IMG/VR virus record: IMGVR_UViG_3300005613_000015
Coordinates: 1 to 64,000 of that record
Strand: one strand, 5' to 3'
Length of the DNA stretch: 64,000 nucleotides
DNA from: a virus
Shown: in pieces, positions 15,194 to 22,941 of the stretch
Layout: each line of letters starts with the position of its first letter
How positions within the stretch are numbered: position 1 is the first letter of the stretch
Position numbers and translations under genes: made by a program
The notes under the pieces: model-generated
What the model saw: only the letters and a program-made list of their open reading frames with translations
The model's database searches: none
What the model was told of the DNA's origin: nothing

Positions 15194-16813
15194 ATGATTA
15201 CATCTACATTTTTTGGTCGTGACCAGTCCATTGCAAAAGTAAACCTATCCATGAACTATCTTAGTCGAATTGTTCGTGAGAATATGGTTCTTTTTGATTT
15301 CGATGCGAAGAACGATAAAGCATCTTTTCTTACAGAGAGCAATCTTATTGTAGACTGCACGATTATAGAGACCGCAGTCGGTGTCTGCTTACAGAATATT
15401 CAGGTAAACGAGGCAAATAACCTGTACTCGAATCAAAGTGTAGATACTAGAGTAAATGAGTCCATTCATTCATTTATTGGAAGTCTTCGTGATGATGAGT
15501 ATTCGGACGCAGAAAATAATTTTTCTACTATTCTTAAATCATTTCAAAGCCGTAGTCGAATTAGTGAGGTTCGTGCTAAACTAGAAAGACGCGCCTTATC
15601 ATTTACCGATAACCAGAATATTTTAGAGACGGCTGAGTATACAAAGCTTGGCGAGATTCGTGAGAAAGCAGTAGAGTATCTTAAAGAAAATAAAGATACT
15701 CTTCTTTCTTTTGAAGAGATTTCAAACTCACTAAAGCTTGCCAACGCTCTTGGTAAGGCATTTAATGTTCCTCGTAAAACTTGGGAAGAAGTTGTTTCTG
15801 AAGGCGAACTTAAAGTTCCTTTTGATACCCAAAAAACAGTATTCGAAATGGTTTGCTCTCAAGAGTTAATTCGTTCCGAGCTTAGCGAATCAAAAGAAAA
15901 CTTCTCTCGGTCTTGGATAAAGAACGAAAAGATTGCTGCTCTTGCTTCGTGCATTTACAATGACGATGATACTGTTTTAGAGGCTCTTCGGTCGGCTATC
16001 ACGGCTGTACCCTATCTAGCTCTCGCTTCTAAGTCCGACATTAAAACAGTTTTCGCCTCGATTTACGAAGCCTCAGATGTTGCCAATATTTCTCAGAAAG
16101 ATATTCGTGAGTATGTTGCCCGTATCTTTGAATTTAAGAAGCCTATTAAACAAGAGATTCTTGGCGAGTTAAACGAGTCGTACGGTATTAACGTTCAGAA
16201 TATGAAGTTTGTTCCGACCTTCTCAAATCTTGCCAAAGCACAGTCTGTTCTCTTCGAGGCATTGGCATCGACTTGTGAAAAAGAAAGCGTTGTTCGTGAT
16301 GTGTTTGAGGCTTTCTCCAAGTGTCTGCGAAAGAAAGGCGGCATTCAAGCACTAGATGTTAATGATTTCATCTTCGGTCTCTTTGATGATGCGGAAGTAA
16401 TGTCGGAAGGTGTTCTTTTCCGCGAAATAGACTTAGATAGTCTGGTCGAGTCGCTCTTTGAAGCAAAGGAAATGCCAAAGAAAGATATGAAGAAAGAGGA
16501 AGAGCCGATGGAAGACGAGGAGCCTGAGATGGAGAAAGGGGGTAAAAAAGCCTCGAAGCCTATGGGCAAGAAGAAAAAGAAGGTTGAGAAAGGTGAGGAG
16601 GATATGAATGCCCGCGCCGACGAGAGTGCCGAAGAAGAGGAAGACCTTGATAGCCCTGAAGGAGGGCTTGGTTTAGGTGCCGACGAAATGACTGACCTTA
16701 TGCAAGAGCTTGAGACCCTTTTCAAGGATATTGATTGGGATGCCCTTGCCGAAGAAGAGGAAGAGGAAGGTGAAGAGGAGTTCGAAACTGCCCCTCAACC
16801 TGAGCAGGCTTAG
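15194..16813 (+). CDS. Hypothetical head-associated protein with acidic tail (539 aa)
   Basis: Follows portal; CTACATA at 15162-15168; Glu-rich C-terminus. Confidence 0.7.
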   Translation: MITSTFFGRDQSIAKVNLSMNYLSRIVRENMVLFDFDAKNDKASFLTESNLIVDCTIIETAVGVCLQNIQVNEANNLYSNQSVDTRVNESIHSFIGSLRDDEYSDAENNFSTILKSFQSRSRISEVRAKLERRALSFTDNQNILETAEYTKLGEIREKAVEYLKENKDTLLSFEEISNSLKLANALGKAFNVPRKTWEEVVSEGELKVPFDTQKTVFEMVCSQELIRSELSESKENFSRSWIKNEKIAALASCIYNDDDTVLEALRSAITAVPYLALASKSDIKTVFASIYEASDVANISQKDIREYVARIFEFKKPIKQEILGELNESYGINVQNMKFVPTFSNLAKAQSVLFEALASTCEKESVVRDVFEAFSKCLRKKGGIQALDVNDFIFGLFDDAEVMSEGVLFREIDLDSLVESLFEAKEMPKKDMKKEEEPMEDEEPEMEKGGKKASKPMGKKKKKVEKGEEDMNARADESAEEEEDLDSPEGGLGLGADEMTDLMQELETLFKDIDWDALAEEEEEEGEEEFETAPQPEQA

Positions 16814-17040
16814 TCCTCCATGTAACCCTGCTTTAGCCAAGTAATGTTGTAAAATACAAACCTACCATAAATTGTAAATAGAAGACTAATAATCTGATAT
16901 AAATCTTTAATCGACTCTTCTGAGATATTGGAAGAGTCGATTATTTTTTGAATTCTGTCTCGTACAAATCTAAGGTCTTCAGCATCTTCGGGTCTAAGTT
17001 TACTTAATGCCTTTATATATTCTTCTTTATTCTTAATCAT
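16810..17040 (-). CDS. Hypothetical protein (76 aa)
   Basis: ATGA-coupled to the helicase gene. Confidence 0.6.
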   Translation of the reverse strand: MIKNKEEYIKALSKLRPEDAEDLRFVRDRIQKIIDSSNISEESIKDLYQIISLLFTIYGRFVFYNITWLKQGYMED

Positions 17041-18371
17041 TGTATTGTAATCTTTAAGGATTTATAGGCTCTGCGTCTCGCCGCAGCATGTTCTTTTAGG
17101 TACGGTACTTGGTCCGCGAAATCGTATATATATACTTTGCTTTTGCTTTCGTGAATACGCAGCGCTCTTCCAAGTGCTTGGAGCGTAGCAATCTCAGACT
17201 TAAGGCCGCGTGCATTGATAAGATGCGTAATCTCTGGGATGTCTACACCAGTCTGTAGAATCTTAGTGCCAATCAATACTGAGCGTTGCTCATTCTTAAA
17301 GGCTTTAATCACTCCTTTTCGGTGTGTTAAATCATCTTTCCCTTCTAAAGTGTATGCTTCTGGAATCATCGCTTTTAGAATTTCCAGATGCTTCAGATTC
17401 TTCACTAGAATCAATATTCTACCAGTCTCGATACTATCGCATACTTTTTTGATTTTCCCATTTCTAATGTCGCTATGAACGACGTGTTTCTCATATATGT
17501 CGCTATAACTGGAATCTAGTAACGAATGGTCTCTGTACTCTGGAAGTTCGAGGAAGGTTACTGTAGGCGGTGTGAGAAACCCGTCATCAACTAACTGAGC
17601 GACATCAACCTCCGAGATAATATCCCCCAGATACGCTACTAAATTTAGCTTTGCCATACGGTCTTTCGGCATCGTAGCAGACATTCCAAAGCGGTATACG
17701 GCGTTCGGAAATGACTTCACAACCTTTGTAGAGAGTTTTCCTTTGGAGAATTCATGAACCTCATCAAAGATGATAAACTCAGACTGGTCGAGATGAGTGT
17801 CTAATACCTTGTGAATCGACTGTACTGTACAGAGAGTGATAGGCTTTAACTCTACCCCATCACCGAAAGCAACTCCTACATCAAACCCTAAATTAGTAAG
17901 AAAATCGTAAGTTTGCAGTAGCAGCGTTTTCTGCGTAAAGAATATTAAACCTGTTTTATTTTCTAACGCTTTCAGTATCCCTGCCAAAATGACAGTCTTG
18001 CCCGCGCCCGTAGGAGCTTTAATAAGCGCCATTCGCTTTTTTAGCGCAAGATTAATCAGCGATTCTTGATAGTCACGATACTGAATTTTCTCTATATCTA
18101 TATCATGCCTATCTACTACTGCATCTCGGTGGTCCTCAAGTTCGTAAGAAATCTCTGCTAATTCAAGGTCTTTAAGGATGAATGGAAGTAGTCCTGTCCC
18201 GAAACTGCCTTTCTCTGTAATAAAGTATTTTGCACCATCCCAACCACGACGATAAGCTTTACTATATCTCGCGCCAGGAATCTTTGCACTATACTTCTTT
18301 CGTAGAATACTTAGAAGTTCTTTATTGTGGGTTTGTAATAAAGAATTTACATTTTTTACGATAATCTTCAA
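17037..18371 (-). CDS. uvsW: SF2 DNA helicase (UvsW-like)
   Basis: YRDYQ, APTGAGKT, DEVH, GMSAT, TGVDIP, QALGRALR. Confidence 0.88.
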   Translation of the reverse strand: MKIIVKNVNSLLQTHNKELLSILRKKYSAKIPGARYSKAYRRGWDGAKYFITEKGSFGTGLLPFILKDLELAEISYELEDHRDAVVDRHDIDIEKIQYRDYQESLINLALKKRMALIKAPTGAGKTVILAGILKALENKTGLIFFTQKTLLLQTYDFLTNLGFDVGVAFGDGVELKPITLCTVQSIHKVLDTHLDQSEFIIFDEVHEFSKGKLSTKVVKSFPNAVYRFGMSATMPKDRMAKLNLVAYLGDIISEVDVAQLVDDGFLTPPTVTFLELPEYRDHSLLDSSYSDIYEKHVVHSDIRNGKIKKVCDSIETGRILILVKNLKHLEILKAMIPEAYTLEGKDDLTHRKGVIKAFKNEQRSVLIGTKILQTGVDIPEITHLINARGLKSEIATLQALGRALRIHESKSKVYIYDFADQVPYLKEHAAARRRAYKSLKITIQ

Positions 18372-18409
18372 ACCGTAACTATAATAGTCTAAAATATTAA
18401 ATTTTTATC

Positions 18410-19285
18410 ATGAGTAACGAATCTATTGTTGACCTTGTACAAAAACACCAAGCCCAGATGGGAGCTTCTGCACCTGCACCTACACCGACCGAAGGTTTAG
18501 AAAAGGTTGATAGTGCAGCCGTTCAGCACAAATCTGCTATGATGGCTGGGAATATGCCGGAAGATAGAATGTCTTCTGATGCGTTAGATAGGCTACTAGC
18601 TAACGTCAAGACAAAAATGGCCTGGATAACTGTTGAACTGCCATCTCAAGGTCTTCTTTATCAAAATGGGGAGCGGGTCGCAGAAATTCGCCCATTCACT
18701 TTTGATGATGAGCGAATTCTAAAGTCTGCGCGCTCAGTATCGAAACCAAACGAAACAGTCGAGAGACTTCTACGTAACTGTGTCCGTGGTGTAGAGGTTT
18801 CTGACCTTACTCCATATGACCGTTTATATCTTCTCTTCAGAATTCGTGGTATTTCTTACGGAGATGATTATCCCATTCAACACGATTGTAGTAACTGTGC
18901 AAGAACAAGCAAGCTAACTCTACAAATCTCTACCCTACAAACAACACCGCTTACTGAAGACCATATGCGGTTTATGCTTCCTGACTCGCAGCAAGAAGCA
19001 GTTATCAAGCTGCCTAGGGCTCAAGATGAGCACCTTTATAGCAGCGCCGAACGCCTCATGGAGAACCTGTACCAGTTTGTCTACAGCGTTGGTGGCATTA
19101 CTGACAAGACCATTCTAGAGGCGTTTATCCAAAAAACAACTGTTCGTGATATTGATACGTTGCGTAGAAAAATCTTTACTCCTGATTATGGAATGGAGGA
19201 CCATTTCTTCTACACCTGTAATGAGTGTGGTTATAAGAACCGAGTGAACATTGGTCTCAACGAAGATTTTTTTACCGCGAGCTAA
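18410..19285 (+). CDS. T4 gp26-like baseplate hub / tail assembly protein
   Basis: ELPSQG, IRPFT..DE.IL, DRLYLLFRIRGISYG, two CxxC, C-terminal DFF. Confidence 0.8.
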   Translation: MSNESIVDLVQKHQAQMGASAPAPTPTEGLEKVDSAAVQHKSAMMAGNMPEDRMSSDALDRLLANVKTKMAWITVELPSQGLLYQNGERVAEIRPFTFDDERILKSARSVSKPNETVERLLRNCVRGVEVSDLTPYDRLYLLFRIRGISYGDDYPIQHDCSNCARTSKLTLQISTLQTTPLTEDHMRFMLPDSQQEAVIKLPRAQDEHLYSSAERLMENLYQFVYSVGGITDKTILEAFIQKTTVRDIDTLRRKIFTPDYGMEDHFFYTCNECGYKNRVNIGLNEDFFTAS

Positions 19286-19464
19286 CTAGTTTTTGGAGAG
19301 AAGATGACTTGGAATCTCAAGCATATCTTCTAGTTAAGCACGCAAATATCAGTCTCTCCGATGTAGGTGATTTAACATTCATCGAAAGGCAAACCTATAT
19401 ACAATTACTTAAGGATGAATGGGAGCGTGAGCGTCAAGAATTTGAGAAGCTCCGTAAGAGATAA
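19273..19464 (+). CDS. gp51-like open frame (63 codons, no ATG), reached by -1 frameshift or from TTG 19309
   Basis: YLLVKHANISLSDVGDLTFIERQTYIQLLKDEWERE resembles small gp51-like proteins; T7 run at 19267-19273. Confidence 0.65.
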   Translation, partial: YRELTSFWREDDLESQAYLLVKHANISLSDVGDLTFIERQTYIQLLKDEWERERQEFEKLRKR

Positions 19465-19482
19465 ATCCTAAATAATATTATC

Positions 19483-20388
19483 ATGGCTTCTTTCAACGGA
19501 TACACAGTAATTAAACGATATAACCGCCCAAGCATTCTAACTCGCACGCAGCTAGACATGATGTTTACGAATAACGGGTCGTACTTTAACCCGTATTCAA
19601 TTAGCGCGGTTTATATCCTGCCTGATACGACAACTACGAACGGCAGTCCTGATATTTACATTAACCGTACAGTTAGTGATTTAGGAACACCTGAATACGG
19701 TATGCTTAATGCTACAGGTCTCTCTGCTGTCGCCGCGTACTATGATGTAAGTAACGGAGCGGAGGTACAGGTTCCAGGGGTGTATGACCCCGATACATCA
19801 GCGGCAAGTGCAATTTACAGTCTAACCACCGGACAATTTGCAGTTATTGCCGATGGTGCAGCCCATCCATCATTTTCTTCTTTAGGGTTATCTGATGGAA
19901 AGTGGTTTGATGTGTGGCTTGTCAAAGACTTCGAAACAGTAGATGCCTCAGCAGGCTGGAAGCTGTACTGGAATAAATTTGAAACATACAATGACAGAGT
20001 AGTTACGTTCACAGAACCTCTTCAAATTACTACTCATAACAAACTGCAAAATAAGTATATTCAACTAAGCTCTATTGAGACTTTGAGAATTACAACTGAT
20101 ATGTTTGTTGCTAACAAGGAGATGGGGCAAGACCTTAAAAATATCTGGCGTCAAACTGTAATTGATAATGCTGAAATTAGAATCCGTAAAAGAAATCCGC
20201 GAACTACAGGTCTTTTAACAGATATTGTTGCTTGGACTTCTACGGGAGTTAATGTGAGTTCTGAAAGTACGATTCTGTATACCTGGGATACTTCGGCGCT
20301 AGAGAAGGGCGATTACATTGTAGAAGTTAAGTATACTCTTCTTGAGCAGACCTTCTACAGTGAAGAGTTTAGTTTAGTGCTTCGGTAA
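19483..20388 (+). CDS. Hypothetical virion-like protein (301 aa)
   Basis: CTAAATA at 19468-19474; C-terminal YTWDT....GDY.VEV beta-sandwich-like pattern. Confidence 0.7.
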   Translation: MASFNGYTVIKRYNRPSILTRTQLDMMFTNNGSYFNPYSISAVYILPDTTTTNGSPDIYINRTVSDLGTPEYGMLNATGLSAVAAYYDVSNGAEVQVPGVYDPDTSAASAIYSLTTGQFAVIADGAAHPSFSSLGLSDGKWFDVWLVKDFETVDASAGWKLYWNKFETYNDRVVTFTEPLQITTHNKLQNKYIQLSSIETLRITTDMFVANKEMGQDLKNIWRQTVIDNAEIRIRKRNPRTTGLLTDIVAWTSTGVNVSSESTILYTWDTSALEKGDYIVEVKYTLLEQTFYSEEFSLVLR

Positions 20389-21361
20389 TCTCGTACTCAA
20401 AGTCTACGGGCTTTAGTCCTGCAACAAGAAAATCTCTGAACTGAGCTTTAGAGTCGCAGTCAATGTGAAGCTCATTCCAGTCTTTGTAAGTCTTGTTTAG
20501 ATTCTGTGGAAGTCTTGCAATACAGAACTCATTTTTATTTTTGCTTAGCATCATACGACGGGCTTGCCGTACCCCCTCAGCCCCAGCCTCGTCGTTATCA
20601 TAAGCAAAAATAATCTGCTTGGTCTTAAGCATTTCTGCCTGCGCGTGGGATAGTCGGCTACCTTGTGTACAAGTAGCGTTAATGCCGTTTATCTGTAGTG
20701 TGATAGCATCTAGGGGTCCCTCTGTGATAAACACATAATCACAATCCTCTTTGAATGGGTACAGAATATCAGAAGCTTTTACTCCTGTAACGCCGCGAGA
20801 GGGGTTGAGATATTTCATACCGACAATGCTAAGATTACGTGCCTGAAAGTAGTAGGGCTTTTCATCTTTCATGTACGGAATGATTAGCCTGTTTGCGTAC
20901 CTTCCGCTGGTGCTTACATAAAAGCTACCTTTTTGTAATTTTCTAGACAGGATAAACTTTCGCGCCAACCTTTCCGTGAGGTTGCTTTCGTTAATAGCGC
21001 GGGGGTCAAACTTCTTAAATGAGTTGAAGATGTCTTGGATGTTACTGTTTGTAACTGGTTCTTGTTCGAGACGAATAGAGGATACTTCAAACAGAAGTTC
21101 TGGAGTATCAAACAGCTTACTACGTAGATAAGATAGTGCAGATTCATATGGAATTTCTTCAACAGCAGCGATTAATTGTGCGAAGTTACCCTTTTCCTGT
21201 GATTTGAAATCTTGCCATAACCCTGTATCCATATTGATAGACATATGGAGTTTTTCGTCCTCGGCAAAGATGGAATTGGTCGTAAATTCTTGACCAAATA
21301 CCTTATTTGTCGGGAACTTCGAGTGCAAATACTCTTTAATAAGGTTGGACGGTAACATCAT
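20369..21361 (-). CDS. DNA primase (Toprim), DnaG/gp61-like
   Basis: RLIIPY, YFQAR, KYLNP, FITEGPLDA, AYDNDEAG, KDWNE. Confidence 0.9.
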   Translation of the reverse strand: MMLPSNLIKEYLHSKFPTNKVFGQEFTTNSIFAEDEKLHMSINMDTGLWQDFKSQEKGNFAQLIAAVEEIPYESALSYLRSKLFDTPELLFEVSSIRLEQEPVTNSNIQDIFNSFKKFDPRAINESNLTERLARKFILSRKLQKGSFYVSTSGRYANRLIIPYMKDEKPYYFQARNLSIVGMKYLNPSRGVTGVKASDILYPFKEDCDYVFITEGPLDAITLQINGINATCTQGSRLSHAQAEMLKTKQIIFAYDNDEAGAEGVRQARRMMLSKNKNEFCIARLPQNLNKTYKDWNELHIDCDSKAQFRDFLVAGLKPVDFEYEITEALN

Positions 21362-22148
21362 GTATATTAAAGGCTTCTCCCCCTCAAAATTGAACACTTT
21401 CGACGAATGCGAGCAAAAATATCGCTACAAGTACATCCACTATCTCCCAGAGGAGTATAATGAAGGGCTTTCAACGGACGCTTTGCAGTTCGGCTCATAT
21501 ATTCACAAAATCTTTGAAGACGGCGTGGAAGCCTCGACCATCGAGGAGCTTCAGGAACACGCCACGCTACTACGTGATAGTTATCAGTTCGCGGGTCGTG
21601 GCGAAGATATTCAAAAATGTATTCGTAACTTCCATTCCTTTAACAGCAAGCTAACTGAAAACGTCTCTACAGAGATGAGGTTTGCCGTAGAGGTTATTCC
21701 AGACCTCGAAGTGAACGGTATCATTGACCGCGTGGTGAAGGGTAGTAACGGCGGCTATCTTGTAATCGACTACAAGACGAGCAAGAGGGAAAAAACCAAG
21801 CGAGAGCTTTACAACGACCCTCAGCTTATGATTTATACTGCCGCTATCTCAAAGATGTACAAGTGTGATATTCGTAATATCACGGTCGCACACTACTACC
21901 CGCTAACTGGGAATCTGGTCACAATCAAGTACCTTCCGAGTCATGTTGCGGCTTTTTTGCGGAAACTAGACGAAAAAAAGTGGCGAATCCGAAAAAAGAA
22001 GGCGGATGAATTTAAACCAAGAGTAAACCAGTTCTGTGACTGGTGTGGCTACAAGAACCTCTGTCCTAAATTTGGCGGAACTCCAAAAATGCTGGAAGAA
22101 GCTATTGAGAAGAAGAGCAGCGGTAAATCATCGGGTAGTAAAGACTGA
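21360..22148 (+). CDS. PD-(D/E)XK RecB/Cas4-like exonuclease with four-Cys (Fe-S-type) staple
   Basis: SPSKL....C...Y, GIIDRV, IDYKT, QL..Y, CDWC.Y...CP. Confidence 0.88.
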   Translation: MYIKGFSPSKLNTFDECEQKYRYKYIHYLPEEYNEGLSTDALQFGSYIHKIFEDGVEASTIEELQEHATLLRDSYQFAGRGEDIQKCIRNFHSFNSKLTENVSTEMRFAVEVIPDLEVNGIIDRVVKGSNGGYLVIDYKTSKREKTKRELYNDPQLMIYTAAISKMYKCDIRNITVAHYYPLTGNLVTIKYLPSHVAAFLRKLDEKKWRIRKKKADEFKPRVNQFCDWCGYKNLCPKFGGTPKMLEEAIEKKSSGKSSGSKD

Positions 22149-22401
22149 TATCTATCATGTAGAGAAAATCTCTTACTTGTAGTAAATCATATCCATGTTT
22201 TTTTATGAAATGATTTTCTAGGTAAGAGATTTTTATAGGCTTTTGTTGTTGAAAAGCATCAATCAATAACCCTTGAAAGATATTAATAAAAGCTTCAGAA
22301 TATCTATGTCTCCATTTTTCCTTAAACTCTAAAGATAAAGCATAGTTTATTTGTTCAAGGAACTCTTCAAGCTCCATCTTGTCGTCTAGGTTCAAACTCA
22401 T
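22102..22401 (-). CDS. Hypothetical protein (99 aa, MSLNLDDK...)
   Basis: First ATG at 22401. Confidence 0.65.
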   Translation of the reverse strand: MSLNLDDKMELEEFLEQINYALSLEFKEKWRHRYSEAFINIFQGLLIDAFQQQKPIKISYLENHFIKKHGYDLLQVRDFLYMIDISLYYPMIYRCSSSQ

Positions 22402-22443
22402 ATCTATATAATATAATAGATTATAGTCTGAGTAATTCAAAAA

Positions 22444-22938
22444 ATGCCGAGAAAAATTCAGTCAAGTTTACAGCTTCGAAAAGGAACTCCCGGAAAAAGC
22501 TTAGGTTCTATCCGTAACATGGCTAGGTATGCTGGCCAGCTATACACTTTTGGGTATAACAGTTATGGTCCTAGCGAATCTAGGCGTCGTCCAAATTTGG
22601 ACAAACAGCCTTTGTTATTGTTAGCGTATAAAGGTGGTTCTAAGGTATGGAAAGCGAAGAACGGCAAAAGCTATATCTATGGATTTAATTTAAATTACTT
22701 AGAAGGTCATCGACGTTTAGAGGTTATTAGAAATTTAATAGATGCTTTCTCAGAAAAACCAGGAAGAACGTTGTCCTATCAAGAACTTAAAAATGAACTG
22801 AATCTTCCAGAAGGTAAAGAGGACTCTATATTCCGTAAGTATGATGTACGTGGGAGCAAGTTACGGTCATTAAAACAGGTTGACCTAAATACCTATGAGT
22901 CTTATCTAGACGAAGCATTAAAAGAACAGGACGAGTAA
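22444..22938 (+). CDS. T4 gp2-like DNA end protector
   Basis: GQLYTFGY, D..PLLL, GFNLNYL...R, LSYQELK, FRKY. Confidence 0.65.
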   Translation: MPRKIQSSLQLRKGTPGKSLGSIRNMARYAGQLYTFGYNSYGPSESRRRPNLDKQPLLLLAYKGGSKVWKAKNGKSYIYGFNLNYLEGHRRLEVIRNLIDAFSEKPGRTLSYQELKNELNLPEGKEDSIFRKYDVRGSKLRSLKQVDLNTYESYLDEALKEQDE

Positions 22939-22941
22939 TAA

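Noticed and set aside
21360-22148. Cas4 as evidence for a CRISPR-Cas system
   Set aside because: No cas1/cas2 or array; stand-alone Cas4/RecB-like nucleases are common in phages
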